Positions 9,844 through 21,076 of a stretch of 32,000 nucleotides of DNA are shown in pieces. Made by a program: the position numbers and the translations under genes. Below the pieces are notes generated by a model, which searched no databases, was not told where the DNA came from, and saw only the letters and a program-made list of their open reading frames with translations. The stretch lies in assembly GCF_000011805.1 (NCBI RefSeq), contig NC_006840.2. One strand, written 5' to 3'. The stretch is from Aliivibrio fischeri ES114. GTDB lineage: Bacteria; Pseudomonadota; Gammaproteobacteria; Enterobacterales; Vibrionaceae. How positions within the stretch are numbered: position 1 is the first letter of the stretch; the number at the start of each line of letters is the position of its first letter.

Positions 9844-10221
9844 ATGATCACAGGTATCCAAATTACTAAAGCAGCAAATGACGATCTTCTTAACTCAATC
9901 TGGCTACTAGATAGCGAGAAAAACGAAGCACGTTGTGTTGTTGCAACAGCAGGTTTTGAAGCTGACCAAGTTATCGCAGCAAGCGAACTAGGTGAGTACG
10001 AAAGCCGTGATGTTGCTATCGAAAAAGCACCAAAAATTGAAGGCGGTCAGCACCTAAATGTTAACGTTTTACAACGTGACACTCTAGAAGATGCTGTTAA
10101 GCACCCAGAGAACTACCCACAACTAACTATCCGTGTATCTGGTTATGCTGTGCGTTTTAACTCTCTAACAACAGAACAACAAAAAGACGTTATCGCACGT
10201 ACTTTTACTGAATCTCTATAA
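9844..10221 (+). CDS. grcA: Autonomous glycyl radical cofactor
   Basis: 125 aa; C-terminus [29 protein letters not shown] carries the glycyl-radical motif of YfiD/GrcA and the PFL C-terminus; ung is nearby as in E. coli. Confidence 0.96.
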   Translation: MITGIQITKAANDDLLNSIWLLDSEKNEARCVVATAGFEADQVIAASELGEYESRDVAIEKAPKIEGGQHLNVNVLQRDTLEDAVKHPENYPQLTIRVSGYAVRFNSLTTEQQKDVIARTFTESL

Positions 10222-10246
10222 TTTTATAGTCGATTTAAAAATACGA

Positions 10247-10280
10247 AACGGCACTCAATGCTCATGAGTGCCGTTTTTTT
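10247..10280 (+). terminator. Rho-independent terminator downstream of grcA
   Basis: AACGGCACTCA-atgctca-TGAGTGCCGTT followed by a T-run. Confidence 0.9.
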
Positions 10281-10359
10281 ATGCCAATCACAGTAAGTAT
10301 TTAACTGCTAGGGTGCTCAATTATTTACTACGATTGATATTATTACTTTAGTCATATAA

Positions 10360-10391
10360 AAAAGTCCCTTTGATCATTAACCAAAGAGACT
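10360..10391 (-). terminator. Terminator at the end of the thrABC operon
   Basis: AGTCCCTTTG ... CAAAGAGACT inverted repeat (one G-U), with a U-run on the minus transcript. Confidence 0.75.
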
Positions 10392-10412
10392 CATCCATTT
10401 CAATCTTAATGC

Positions 10413-11696
10413 TTATTGAACTTTTCTTAATACTGCTTTAAGTGCATCAAAATCATTATCTAAATCTTCAGATAACAATTCCATCGCATTATGCTTGGCT
10501 AATGGAGCAGGTAGCTCAATATCATTGCCTAGAATATCTTCAACTACTTCTTTAAACTTAGCTGGATGTGCTGTACATAGGAAAAGGCCAGTTTCACCAT
10601 CAGAGAGTTGCTCATTCAATATACGATAAGCAATGGCACCATGAGGCTCACATAGATAGCCTGCTTGATTCATCTCTTTTAATGTTTCAGCACTTTGCTC
10701 ATCAGTAACTGCACCTTTACCAAGAGTTTCTAATCCCCATCCTAAACGCTGACATAGCTCTTCAATACGAGGCCAGTTATTTGGTTGACTTACATCCATT
10801 GCATTTGAAATCGTTGGGATCGTGACTTTAGGTTCCCATTGACCCGTTTCAAGATAACGAGGAACGGTATCATTAACATTCGTTGCAGCAATAAAGCGTT
10901 TTACAGGTAAGCCTAATGATTTCGCCAATAATCCCGCAGTTAAGTTGCCAAAATTACCACTTGGCACTGAAATAACGACATCATTACGTTTTTCTTTCGG
11001 TAGTTGAGATACCGCCTCAAAATAGTAGCAAATCTGTGCCATCAAACGGCTAATATTGATTGAGTTTGCAGAGTTTAATCCAACTTCTTTACGCAGTTCT
11101 GCATCATCAAAAGACTGTTTCACTAATGCTTGGCAGTCATCAAAATCACCATCAACTGCAACGGTATGGATATTCTTACCTAATGTACAAAATAACTTCT
11201 CTTGCAACGGACTGATTTTACCTTTCGGATAAAGAATAACGACCTTAATATTGTCCATACCATAAAATGCATGAGCAACAGCCGCACCAGTATCACCCGA
11301 TGTTGCTGTTAAAATCGTAATTTGTTCATCGCTATCAGTCACAGCAGCTAAAGATTGGGCCATAAAACGGCCACCAAAATCTTTAAATGCTAATGTTGGT
11401 CCATGAAATAACTCTAACGCATAGACATCATCTTTAACGGCTTTAATCGGTGCAGGGAATTGGAATGCATTCTCAACCATACTTCTTACGGTATCTTGAG
11501 GCAGTTCCTCTTTGATAAAAGCAGATAAAATTTTAGTACTACGAGAAATAAAATCCTCAGCAAGAAGTGCATCAACATCATCAAACTTAGGTAATTCTGA
11601 TGGAAAAAATAGTCCTTGATTACGACCTAAACCTTGGCGAACCGCTTGGCCAAAAGAGACCTGCTCATCATTTTCTTTTATGTTATACAGCTTCAT
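10413..11696 (-). CDS. thrC: Threonine synthase
   Basis: 427 aa; [20 protein letters not shown]-lysine region, [15 protein letters not shown]; overlaps thrB by 4 nt. Confidence 0.97.
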   Translation of the reverse strand: MKLYNIKENDEQVSFGQAVRQGLGRNQGLFFPSELPKFDDVDALLAEDFISRSTKILSAFIKEELPQDTVRSMVENAFQFPAPIKAVKDDVYALELFHGPTLAFKDFGGRFMAQSLAAVTDSDEQITILTATSGDTGAAVAHAFYGMDNIKVVILYPKGKISPLQEKLFCTLGKNIHTVAVDGDFDDCQALVKQSFDDAELRKEVGLNSANSINISRLMAQICYYFEAVSQLPKEKRNDVVISVPSGNFGNLTAGLLAKSLGLPVKRFIAATNVNDTVPRYLETGQWEPKVTIPTISNAMDVSQPNNWPRIEELCQRLGWGLETLGKGAVTDEQSAETLKEMNQAGYLCEPHGAIAYRILNEQLSDGETGLFLCTAHPAKFKEVVEDILGNDIELPAPLAKHNAMELLSEDLDNDFDALKAVLRKVQ

Positions 11697-12649
11697 AGTT
11701 TACTTCCTGTCACTTGTGATCCTTGCTTATCTAAACGACAAACATGAACAAATCCTTCATTATTTTGAACGTAATTTTCTTGTAGCCAACGAGATACTCT
11801 ATCCGCTACATCTTTATCTTTGCATATACTAAAAAGAGTCGGTCCTGAACCTGAAATCCCTGTCGTTAATGCGCCTGCTGATGCTGCGTATTCACGAGCT
11901 TTAGCAAAGTTTGGTAGCAAGCGCTCTCTATAAGGTTCAGCCACCACGTCTTTAATCATCTTTGCTGCAAGTTCAGGTTGTTTTGAATAACAAGCATGAA
12001 TAAAACCAGCAAGGTTACGACCATGTGCAATCACATCTTGACGACGGTATTGAGAAGGTAAAATCTCACGAGCTTCAGCGGTTGATACTTTAATTCCTGG
12101 ATAAGCCATAACCCAATACCATTCATCAAAGCATGGGACTTCTTGACTAATAATACCAAGCTCTTCCACCATTAACTGTAAACCACCAAGATAACATGGA
12201 GCTACATTATCATAGTGAATACCACCTGATATCTGCCCTTCCATTTCTCCCATTAATGCCAATAGTTCCATGTCATTTAAAGGGTTATCGTGAAATTGGT
12301 TTAATGCATCTAACGCCGCAACAATAGAACAAGCACTAGAACCAAGGCCTGAACCAATTGGCATATTTTTCTCTAAAATCATGTGAACATTCTTTAATGC
12401 CACATTTTTTTTATTCAATTCACGAGAAAATACACACCAACAGTCGTAAACAATATTGTCTTTCGGGTTTTCAGGTAATTTATCCACAAAGCTGCCAGCG
12501 GTAGCTAATGTAAATGCCTCACTTCCAAGCTCAACTAAAACACGATCTCCCAATAATGTACCGTCAATAGGTGAGACTGCTGCGCCTAATACATCAAAGC
12601 CAACACTGACATTTCCTATTGATGCAGGAGCATAAACAACAACACTCAT
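11693..12649 (-). CDS. thrB: Homoserine kinase
   Basis: 318 aa GHMP kinase; [33 protein letters not shown]. Confidence 0.97.
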   Translation of the reverse strand: MSVVVYAPASIGNVSVGFDVLGAAVSPIDGTLLGDRVLVELGSEAFTLATAGSFVDKLPENPKDNIVYDCWCVFSRELNKKNVALKNVHMILEKNMPIGSGLGSSACSIVAALDALNQFHDNPLNDMELLALMGEMEGQISGGIHYDNVAPCYLGGLQLMVEELGIISQEVPCFDEWYWVMAYPGIKVSTAEAREILPSQYRRQDVIAHGRNLAGFIHACYSKQPELAAKMIKDVVAEPYRERLLPNFAKAREYAASAGALTTGISGSGPTLFSICKDKDVADRVSRWLQENYVQNNEGFVHVCRLDKQGSQVTGSKL

Positions 12650-12650
12650 T

Positions 12651-15110
12651 CTATACTCCTAATTTCCAACCAAGCGTACGCATTAAATCAGAGAACACAC
12701 CAGCAGCGGTTACTTCGGTTCCTGCGCCATAACCACGCAATACTAATGGAATAGGTTGATAATAGCGGCTATAGAAAGCCAATGCGTTCTCGCCATCTTT
12801 AATCTTAAACATAGGATCATCGCCATCTACAGCAACAATTCTTACTTTACATTTACCATCTAAGATCTCACCAACATAGCGTAATACCTTGCCATCTTCT
12901 GCTGCAATAGCCGATTGCTCAGCAAAATAGGCATCCGCTTCAGGAAGTCGAGCCATAAACTCTTCAACCGTACCTGAATCGTCAAAGCCCGGCGGTAATG
13001 CTTGCTCAACTTCTACATCATCTAGCTCAATTTCTAATCCTGATTCACGAGCTAGAATTAATAATTTACGAGCAACATCCATACCTGAAAGATCATCTCG
13101 AGGATCTGGTTCTGTAAAGCCATTTTCTTTCGCTACGTTTGTCGCTTCGCTTAATGACATACCTTCATCTAACTTACCAAAGATATAAGAAAGAGAGCCA
13201 GACAAGATACCGTTGAACTTTTCAAGCTCATCACCTGCTGCAATCAAGTTCTGTAAGTTTTCGATAACAGGTAAGCCAGCACCAACCGTTGTTTCATACA
13301 TAAATTTACGACGAGTACCACGCGCAGCATTACGTAACTGATGGTAATAAGCCATTGAATCCGTATTGGCTTTCTTATTTGGTGTAATAACGTGAAAACC
13401 AGCTGATAGGAAATCAACGTATTGAGCAGCGATACCATGGTCAGACGTACAATCAACAATAACTGGGTTAATAATATGGTTACGTTGAACCAAAGCAATT
13501 AAACGAGCTAAGCTGAACTCCTCAGAGGAATTACTCATACGCTCACGCCAATCTTCTAGCGGAATGCCTTTGCTATCCAGTAGTAATCCTCGGCTATTTG
13601 CCAAACCACATACTCGAATTTCAATGCCTTTCTCTGCCAATTTTGGTTGCTGGCGTTTGATTTGATCAACTAATTCACCACCAACACCACCAACACCAAC
13701 AACAAATACATCTAAGAAATGTTTACTATTGAATAGGTTTTCATGACATGCTTTTATCGACTCAGATACTTTATCTTCAGGAATAACAGCAGAAATCGCA
13801 CGCTCAGAAGATCCTTGCGCGATGGCAATAATATTCACATTAACTTCAGTAAGAGAAGTAAAGAATTGAGATGCTACGCCTTTCGATGTACGCATGCCAT
13901 CGCCAACCAAAGTAACAATGGCAACATTATCTGTAAACTCAACCGGCTCTAATAAGCCATCTTTAAGTTCTAATTCAAACGCTTCTCTTAGTACTTGCTC
14001 TGCCTTGCATTTGTCTTCAGCTTCAATACAAAAACTTATACTGTATTCTGATGAGGATTGAGTAATGAGAACAATTGAGATCCCTGTTGCCGACATAGCA
14101 CCAAATACACGACTTGCCATACCAACCATGCCTTTCATACCCGGCCCACTAACATTAACCATGGTTAAGTTATTTAGGGTCGTAATCCCTTTAATAGCCA
14201 GATTATCTTCACCGGTATCTTGACCGATTAGAGTCCCTGCACCTTGAGGGTTAAAGCTATTTTTAATTAGACAAGGAATGTGGAATTGAGCAATAGGAGC
14301 GATGGTTTTCGGGTGAAGAACAGAAGCACCAAAGTAAGAGAGCTCCATAGCTTCTTGATAACTTAATGATTTTAATAGACGAGCATCATCAACTAAACGT
14401 GGGTCACAATTATAAACACCATCTACATCAGTCCAAATTTCACAACATTCAGCTCGTAAACATGCTGCAAGTACTGCTGCTGAATAATCAGAACCATTAC
14501 GGCCAAGAGTTACCAACTCTCCTTTCGCATTACCAGCAGTAAAGCCAGGCATAATATTTACATGACCTTGCGGCAATGGTTCATTCTTAAAGTTTAATGT
14601 TGATACATCAACATCTACCGCACCTTCAAGGTAATCGCCTTTCGCATATAAATACTTAACAGGATCAATTAAGCTTGCTGGTTGACCTTTTGCTTCTAAT
14701 ACGGCTTTCATCATGACAATAGAAATGCGTTCACCTTTACTGATGATTTTTGCATATACATTATCAGGACACATACCAAGCAAGGTGATCCCATGAGCAT
14801 ATTGACGTAATTGAGAAATAGAATCTTTCAGCTTATTTTCAAGTAATTTAAGATCAACTTGTGGAAGGGTGTTAGAAATACCACTAAATAATTGAGTAAA
14901 AACAGATTCTAGTTCTGAGATTTGTAATTCTGCTTCACCATTGGTAAGAAGATTATCAACCACTGAAACTAATTTATTTGTTACTTTTCCAGGCGCTGAT
15001 AATACGACAGAAACTTCTTGTTGCTGTGCATTATTAGCAATAATGTCTGCGGCACGTAAAAAACGATCTGAATCAGCTAATGACGAACCACCAAATTTTA
15101 ATACTCGCAT
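12651..15110 (-). CDS. thrA: Bifunctional aspartokinase I / homoserine dehydrogenase I
   Basis: 819 aa; [24 protein letters not shown] aspartokinase start, ACT domains, [16 protein letters not shown] and [22 protein letters not shown] homoserine dehydrogenase motifs. Confidence 0.97.
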   Translation of the reverse strand: MRVLKFGGSSLADSDRFLRAADIIANNAQQQEVSVVLSAPGKVTNKLVSVVDNLLTNGEAELQISELESVFTQLFSGISNTLPQVDLKLLENKLKDSISQLRQYAHGITLLGMCPDNVYAKIISKGERISIVMMKAVLEAKGQPASLIDPVKYLYAKGDYLEGAVDVDVSTLNFKNEPLPQGHVNIMPGFTAGNAKGELVTLGRNGSDYSAAVLAACLRAECCEIWTDVDGVYNCDPRLVDDARLLKSLSYQEAMELSYFGASVLHPKTIAPIAQFHIPCLIKNSFNPQGAGTLIGQDTGEDNLAIKGITTLNNLTMVNVSGPGMKGMVGMASRVFGAMSATGISIVLITQSSSEYSISFCIEAEDKCKAEQVLREAFELELKDGLLEPVEFTDNVAIVTLVGDGMRTSKGVASQFFTSLTEVNVNIIAIAQGSSERAISAVIPEDKVSESIKACHENLFNSKHFLDVFVVGVGGVGGELVDQIKRQQPKLAEKGIEIRVCGLANSRGLLLDSKGIPLEDWRERMSNSSEEFSLARLIALVQRNHIINPVIVDCTSDHGIAAQYVDFLSAGFHVITPNKKANTDSMAYYHQLRNAARGTRRKFMYETTVGAGLPVIENLQNLIAAGDELEKFNGILSGSLSYIFGKLDEGMSLSEATNVAKENGFTEPDPRDDLSGMDVARKLLILARESGLEIELDDVEVEQALPPGFDDSGTVEEFMARLPEADAYFAEQSAIAAEDGKVLRYVGEILDGKCKVRIVAVDGDDPMFKIKDGENALAFYSRYYQPIPLVLRGYGAGTEVTAAGVFSDLMRTLGWKLGV

Positions 15111-15224
15111 TTCTTCCTCCCTAAAAACGAGTGTTACTGCAATATCCTTACTGCATAACTAACATCATCATAACCTTTTCATTTGATAATAAAAGAATGC
15201 AATTAAGAATTAGTAACAAATTTG

Positions 15225-15260
15225 CAAAAAAAAGCCTGCTCTGGTAATCAGAGCAGGCTT
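15225..15260 (-). terminator. thr operon attenuator (terminator hairpin between thrL and thrA)
   Basis: AAGCCTGCTCTG-gtaat-CAGAGCAGGCTT perfect 12-bp stem, with an A-run on the + strand (U-run in the minus transcript) just after the leader peptide. Confidence 0.92.
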
Positions 15261-15279
15261 TTTCATATACTTATACGTA

Positions 15280-15348
15280 TCAGCCCACCCCAGCAACCAT
15301 GGTGCCGGTAATTGTTGTGGTAATAATCATAGAGCTGATAATAAACAT
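15280..15348 (-). CDS. thrL: thr operon leader peptide (22 aa)
   Basis: Own translation of the minus strand: MFIISSMIITTTITGTMVAGVG*, with 5 Thr and 5 Ile, directly upstream of the attenuator hairpin. Not in the supplied track. Confidence 0.88.
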   Translation of the reverse strand: MFIISSMIITTTITGTMVAGVG

Positions 15349-15510
15349 ATAATAAATTCTAAAGTAAATTGTTTGTCTTATGTAACATTTACCTTACTTA
15401 GAACTAATAAGTCAATGAAAAGTTTATTTATTTACTCAATAAAATATACAAACTAATCACCAAGACCTTGAATAATAAAAACAAATATTTTATTTATTTA
15501 TAAAATTTAT

Positions 15511-15987
15511 TTAAATTAATAACTCTTTACTCATTAATAACCCATTGAGATCTGCATAAATATAATCTCCTGGAGAAATCATTTTTCCATTAATAGTGAG
15601 AGAAACTTGTTGCTCTCCTGCGCCTCTCTTCTCTGTTTTGAAAGGTGAGGTTCCTAGTGCCTTTAGGCCTAATGGCATGGTTTGTATTGCACCGACATCA
15701 CGAACAACACCATAAACAATCACTCCCTCCCACTGATTTTCAACAGCCAAGGTAGCAACTTGATCACCAAGTAACGCTTTTTGGCGCGATCCATTTCCAT
15801 CTATGAATAATACTTTGCCCTTTCCATTCTGCTGGAGCACTTCTCTAACCAAAGAATTATCTTTATAACAACGAACCGTTACAATCTCGCCATAAAAACA
15901 CGCCTTCCCGCCAAAGTTTTTAAAATCGATATCAACTAACTGCACTTTATCTTCAAACTGATCACAAATATCAGGTAATAAATCCAT
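15511..15987 (-). CDS. RraA-like family protein (RraA / HMG-aldolase fold)
   Basis: 158 aa; [43 protein letters not shown] ... [15 protein letters not shown] ... [15 protein letters not shown] matches the RraA family layout. Confidence 0.85.
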   Translation of the reverse strand: MDLLPDICDQFEDKVQLVDIDFKNFGGKACFYGEIVTVRCYKDNSLVREVLQQNGKGKVLFIDGNGSRQKALLGDQVATLAVENQWEGVIVYGVVRDVGAIQTMPLGLKALGTSPFKTEKRGAGEQQVSLTINGKMISPGDYIYADLNGLLMSKELLI

Positions 15988-16130
15988 TTTATGTTCTCCT
16001 TGTTTGTAAAATCAACTATACAATAACAACATTTTTCAAATTACTTAGTTAGTATTCGCATAGATATTTACAATTTCAATATAGATATGTTGCCTTATTT
16101 ATTACTACACTCTATTGTTATCGGTTGCTA

Positions 16131-16144
16131 TTGATATAAATCAA
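16131..16144 (+). promoter_or_regulatory. Consensus FNR-type box upstream of arcA
   Basis: TTGATATAAATCAA is a perfect match to TTGAT-N4-ATCAA and is palindromic. Confidence 0.6.
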
Positions 16145-16252
16145 TAAAATGTATGGAAATAAAAATCGCTTATTGTTAGAGTGGTGTTAAAGGATTAAAA
16201 TCCTGCTTCTAATGGAGTTTCAGTAAGTAGCTCACTAAATTAGAGCTTTATC

Positions 16253-16280
16253 TTGTTATTGACTTTATATTCAATAACAA
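16253..16280. repeat. Perfect 10-bp inverted repeat in the arcA upstream region
   Basis: TTGTTATTGA-ctttatat-TCAATAACAA. Confidence 0.8.
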
Positions 16281-16435
16281 CCACCAAGGATGGCGTACCG
16301 TTTAGGTTTGAATTCTTCTATATTACTTTTTATTAACTATTGAAGAATCTATTTTCCTATTTGTAAATTTTTTATTATAGAATTAAAATTTGTTAATTCT
16401 ACTTTTGACTTTAACCAGTTAGTTAGGTACCGCCC

Positions 16436-17155
16436 ATGCAAACCCCACAGATCCTAATCGTTGAAGATGAACACGTAACTCGTAATACGTTAAAAAGCAT
16501 TTTTGAAGCTGAAGGCTACAATGTTTTTGAAGCTAGCGATGGCGAAGAAATGCATAAAGTGCTTTCTGAACAGCAGCTTAATCTTGTGATTATGGATATT
16601 AACCTGCCAGGTAAAAATGGCCTTCTTCTTGCTCGCGAACTTCGTGAACGAGGCGATATGGCATTAATGTTCCTAACAGGCCGTGATAATGAAGTTGATA
16701 AGATTTTAGGTTTAGAAATTGGCGCTGATGATTACATCACAAAACCATTCAACCCACGTGAACTGACTATTCGTGCACGTAACTTATTAACTCGTTCAAT
16801 GAACCAAAACACAGTTGTTGAAGATAAGAAAATGGTTGAGCGCTATGTGTTCAACGGTTGGACTGTAGAAATCAACAGCCGTTCTCTTGTTAGCCCAAGC
16901 GGTGAGAGCTACAAGCTTCCACGTTCTGAATTCCGTGCTCTGCTTCACTTCTGTGAAAACCCAGGCAAAATCCAGACTCGTGCAGATCTACTGAAAAAAA
17001 TGACTGGTCGTGAGCTTAAACCACACGATCGTACAGTAGACGTAACTATCCGTCGCATCCGTAAGCACTTTGAATCTGTAACTGATACACCAGAGATCAT
17101 CGCTACAATTCACGGTGAAGGCTACCGCTTCTGTGGTGACCTAGAAGAGCTATAA
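16436..17155 (+). CDS. arcA: Two-component response regulator ArcA
   Basis: 239 aa OmpR-type regulator; [40 protein letters not shown] and [25 protein letters not shown] closely match ArcA. Confidence 0.97.
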   Translation: MQTPQILIVEDEHVTRNTLKSIFEAEGYNVFEASDGEEMHKVLSEQQLNLVIMDINLPGKNGLLLARELRERGDMALMFLTGRDNEVDKILGLEIGADDYITKPFNPRELTIRARNLLTRSMNQNTVVEDKKMVERYVFNGWTVEINSRSLVSPSGESYKLPRSEFRALLHFCENPGKIQTRADLLKKMTGRELKPHDRTVDVTIRRIRKHFESVTDTPEIIATIHGEGYRFCGDLEEL

Positions 17156-17180
17156 GAATCTCTTCTATCTGACTTTAAAT

Positions 17181-17215
17181 AAAATGCCCAGCTAGTGATA
17201 GCTGGGCATTTTTTA
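17181..17215 (+). terminator. Terminator between arcA and the convergent lipoprotein gene
   Basis: AAAATGCCCAGCTA-gtga-TAGCTGGGCATTTT perfect 14-bp stem plus T-run. Confidence 0.92.
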
Positions 17216-17231
17216 TCTATATAACATAGTA

Positions 17232-17678
17232 TTAATATACTGTATCAACACTCACGTTGGTTTCAATAATCCACTCACCACTTGCTTTAATTGCAATATC
17301 TACTTTTTTGCTTGCGTCTAAGGTGTGGAATGTCTGGCCTGCCACTTCCCAATTATGATTATCTTGAACTCGTACTTCATATTCCTCTTCGGTTACTTCC
17401 CAAGAGTCGTCACCTTGACGTAGTTCAACACGTTCAATATTCAATTCAGGTGCTATGACTTGTTTTGAGCTCAAACCTAATGCAAAGTTAACTTTACTCT
17501 CATCACTGTCTTCACCAATAGTTGGCATTTGATCTATCCAAATGGCTGAATTCAATTCAATTTTGGCATTCATCATTTCAATTTTATTATCTTGTTTCCA
17601 ATCCGCTTCTGATTGATTCGTCATTTGACAACCAGATAAAGCTGTTATTAGTGTTGCGGCAAATAGTACCTTCTTCAT
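17232..17678 (-). CDS. Putative lipoprotein of unknown function
   Basis: 148 aa; signal peptide with lipobox MKKVLFAATLITALSGC; remainder not recognised. Confidence 0.75.
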   Translation of the reverse strand: MKKVLFAATLITALSGCQMTNQSEADWKQDNKIEMMNAKIELNSAIWIDQMPTIGEDSDESKVNFALGLSSKQVIAPELNIERVELRQGDDSWEVTEEEYEVRVQDNHNWEVAGQTFHTLDASKKVDIAIKASGEWIIETNVSVDTVY

Positions 17679-17686
17679 ATTATTCC

Positions 17687-20053
17687 TTACTTATCTTGCT
17701 GCTCTAACCAGCTTTTTAAAATTTGAATATCATGTTCGTATTCATTTTTGATTTCTTCAACCCAATCATCAATATTTTCCCACCACGCAGGTAAATCTGG
17801 TGATTGTGCTTTCTGTGCGACTTGTTGAATATGTTTTAACCCAATCGAGCCTGCTGCACCTTTCATTTTATGCGTTTCAAACACAATGCCATCTTGGTCT
17901 CTGGCCGTCATGTTTGTATCAAGTATTTGAATGTATTCTTTCATACTTTTTTCAAACATTTCGATATTTGCATAAATAGGTTTTGTTCCTACGATCTCAA
18001 TATAAGACTCTAACATTTCTAGATCGAGTAAACATTCAATTAGCTGATCATTTTCAGTAGGCTCAGAAGAGACTTCTTGTTCTTGTGGTACGCTTGGAAT
18101 GTCTGTCTTCTTCTCTGACATTGAAAATTGCTCAAGTACCTCGGTTAACGCTTTAACACTCAGTGGTTTACTTAACGCTTCATCCATTCCATTTTTAAAA
18201 TACTCATCTTTTTCTTTAAGTAAATTAGCCGTTAATGCAATTAATGGTGGTAAATTATCAAACTTATCACGTAATATTTTAGCGACATCAAACCCTGTCA
18301 TATCAGGCAATTGAATATCTAAAAGCGCTAGATCATACTTAGTTGGATCAAATTGCTTTATCGCATCTTCACCACACATTGCAACATCAACGGTATGACC
18401 TAAGCTTTCTAATAAAGAGCACGCTACTGTGACATTTAACTCAATATCTTCAAGCATAAAAATGCGTAATGACTTTGAGCTTTTTGTCTCAGGCATTGCC
18501 TCTTCTTCTTCTACATGATCAACTAATGGAACATTAATTGTCACTATAAAAGTACTACCAAAATCGACTTCACTTGTAACCGTGATATCACCACCCATTA
18601 AATTTATCAGCTCTTTTGATACCGCTAGTCCAATCCCAGTACCTACAGCATGTAAATTATCCTTGCCTTGCTTAACTTGATAATACATAGCAAAAACATT
18701 TTCTAATTCTTCTTCAGGAATACCGATTCCGGTGTCTTCTATCTCAAAGGTGATCTCTGCGCTATCCTGATGTATGTCCGCACTCACAGACATAACAACC
18801 CCACCTTCTTTGGTAAATTTGGTGGCATTACCAACAAGGTTCCATAACACCTGTCTTAATCGAGTGCTATCTACACTGATATGAGGAGGTAAGTCGGTCA
18901 AGCGCTCAAGATCAAAACGTAACCCTTTTTGTTCAGCCATAAGCCCCGAAATGTTTTCCATTTCAGTGACAAAACTAATGAAATCTAGCGGTTTAGGGAA
19001 AAGCTCTAATTTGCGGCGATCGAACTTATCCATATCGATAATATCGTTAAAAATATTGCCTAATGTAATGGCACTGACATTAATGGTTCTCATGTAATTA
19101 TGTTGTTCATCATCTAAACGAGAGTCCAACAACATTCGGCTTAAACCGACAATACCATTTAATGGCGTGCGTAATTCATGACTGATGGTTGAAATAAAGG
19201 TCGTTTTATCACGGCTCGCTTTTTGTAATGCATCTTCATATTCTTTACGTTCAGTAATATTTCGTCCAAAACCAACCAAGCCTAAACGACGACCATCTTT
19301 GCTATAAAATGGAATTTTATTCAATTCAAAACACGCTTTACGACCATCAGGGTAATCAAGCCATTGTTCATAGGTTAATGCTTGGTTTTCTTGTAAAACT
19401 TGCCTATCCGTATCAATAACTTTTGCAGCAACTTCGGCATCGTATACATCTTTAGGAGAGAGGCCAATCAGCTCTTTTTCTAACTTGCCAGTCAGCTGCT
19501 CCATGGCTTTATTACAACCAGAGAATAGACCAAGATCGTTTCGGTAATAAATAATATCGGGAGAGGTATCTAAGTAAGATCGTAATAATGCGGTTTGTTC
19601 TGCTAATTCTAATTGTGCTTTCTCACGTTGGAATACTTCATTTTCGAGATCTTCCATCGCTTCTTGTCGTGCTTCTTCTGCTTTTTCACGTTCTTCAATT
19701 TCTTGATTTAGCTTTTTAACATTTCCTTTAAGCTTTTTATTTAAATCAAGATCTCGAGTACGCATCTCTTCAAGCTTACTCACCAATTTAGATAATCGTT
19801 GACGAGAATCTTCTAAATGTTCAACCACTACAGATAAAAAGAACACTGCCCAAGGCGTGATCAATAAACCAAAGAATACAGAACGAATAATATCGAGATC
19901 ATTCACTTCACCGCTCAGAACAAGCGTCACACCAACCTGAACAATGACGGCGAGTGCAACTAAGGCAATGGCAAGTAATAGACTAAAACGGACAATGCCG
20001 AGCCTTACCATAAGATCGACATAAAATTGCGCGAGAATTTTTAACTGCTTCAT
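17687..20053 (-). CDS. arcB: Hybrid sensor histidine kinase ArcB (tripartite)
   Basis: About 788 aa; two TM segments, PAS domain, FISTISHELRTPLNGIVGLSRMLLD H-box, receiver domain LRIFMLEDIELNVTVACSLLESLG, C-terminal Hpt (VFETHKMKGAAGSIGL). Confidence 0.95.
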   Translation of the reverse strand: MKQLKILAQFYVDLMVRLGIVRFSLLLAIALVALAVIVQVGVTLVLSGEVNDLDIIRSVFFGLLITPWAVFFLSVVVEHLEDSRQRLSKLVSKLEEMRTRDLDLNKKLKGNVKKLNQEIEEREKAEEARQEAMEDLENEVFQREKAQLELAEQTALLRSYLDTSPDIIYYRNDLGLFSGCNKAMEQLTGKLEKELIGLSPKDVYDAEVAAKVIDTDRQVLQENQALTYEQWLDYPDGRKACFELNKIPFYSKDGRRLGLVGFGRNITERKEYEDALQKASRDKTTFISTISHELRTPLNGIVGLSRMLLDSRLDDEQHNYMRTINVSAITLGNIFNDIIDMDKFDRRKLELFPKPLDFISFVTEMENISGLMAEQKGLRFDLERLTDLPPHISVDSTRLRQVLWNLVGNATKFTKEGGVVMSVSADIHQDSAEITFEIEDTGIGIPEEELENVFAMYYQVKQGKDNLHAVGTGIGLAVSKELINLMGGDITVTSEVDFGSTFIVTINVPLVDHVEEEEAMPETKSSKSLRIFMLEDIELNVTVACSLLESLGHTVDVAMCGEDAIKQFDPTKYDLALLDIQLPDMTGFDVAKILRDKFDNLPPLIALTANLLKEKDEYFKNGMDEALSKPLSVKALTEVLEQFSMSEKKTDIPSVPQEQEVSSEPTENDQLIECLLDLEMLESYIEIVGTKPIYANIEMFEKSMKEYIQILDTNMTARDQDGIVFETHKMKGAAGSIGLKHIQQVAQKAQSPDLPAWWENIDDWVEEIKNEYEHDIQILKSWLEQQDK

Positions 20054-20107
20054 AAACATACCCTGATAATATTCACATAAATAATATCAGGGTTAGATGC
20101 ATTTGAG

Positions 20108-21076
20108 TTATTTTTTCAGCACTGGAGCAGTATATTTGAAAGGTTGATCAATCAATGAACCTTGAGGACCACTATTATTTAATGCCATACCAACATTGGT
20201 TAATCCTAACCATCTTGGTTCACACCACAATGGCGATAATAGTGTTGGTTGACGCGCGGTTGCTGACACTCGGTGATAAACCACTTCAGGTGGCGTTAAA
20301 CGAATAAGCTCACAAGCAATATCAACATATTCATCCATTTCTGGCGCATCGAGCTTGCCTGCACGCCATGCTTTCGCCAGTGTACTACCTTCAACGATAT
20401 GCAAAGGGTGCAATTTAATACCATCAGTTCCTGTCGCTAATACTTTATCTAACGTTTGACGGTTATCATCTCTAGTATCACCAGGTAATCCAATAATTAA
20501 ATGCGTACAAACTTTAATACCTAAAGAACGAGCTTTACGAGTAATGGCATCATAACAAGCAAAATCATGTCCACGGTTAATACGTTTCAATGTTTTATCA
20601 TTCGCGGTTTGTAGGCCTAACTCCAACCATACTTCATAGCCATCATCGACATAACCTTTGAGTAAATCTAATACCGCATCAGGAACACAATCAGGACGAG
20701 TACCAACACAAAGCCCGACAATATTGGCAGCTTTTAATGCCTCTTCGTACATATTTTTTAAAACTTGCACTTCAGCAAAAGTACTCGTGTAAGCTTGAAA
20801 ATAAGCCAAATACTTTTTCGCACGCTGAACTTCACCCGCTCTATCGGTCAATTGATCATGAATCGATTTAAATTGTTCTTGTTCGTCAGCAAATGAAGCA
20901 ACATTACAAAATGTACAGCCACCTTTACCTATTGTTCCATCTCGATTCGGGCAGCTAAATCCACCGTGCAACGTCAGTTTATGTACTTTTTCGCCATATC
21001 TGCGTTGTAAATCTTGTCCAAAAGTATTTGCTAATTCGTGAAGTTGCATTGGATTAACCAGTATTAAATCAAGCAC
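20108..21076 (-). CDS. Radical SAM protein, TIGR01212 / YhcC-like
   Basis: 322 aa; HGGFSCPNRDGTIGKGGCTFCNVASF cluster-binding region, LELGLQTANDKTLKRINRGHD; located between arcB and gltB as in E. coli. Confidence 0.88.
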   Translation of the reverse strand: MLDLILVNPMQLHELANTFGQDLQRRYGEKVHKLTLHGGFSCPNRDGTIGKGGCTFCNVASFADEQEQFKSIHDQLTDRAGEVQRAKKYLAYFQAYTSTFAEVQVLKNMYEEALKAANIVGLCVGTRPDCVPDAVLDLLKGYVDDGYEVWLELGLQTANDKTLKRINRGHDFACYDAITRKARSLGIKVCTHLIIGLPGDTRDDNRQTLDKVLATGTDGIKLHPLHIVEGSTLAKAWRAGKLDAPEMDEYVDIACELIRLTPPEVVYHRVSATARQPTLLSPLWCEPRWLGLTNVGMALNNSGPQGSLIDQPFKYTAPVLKK

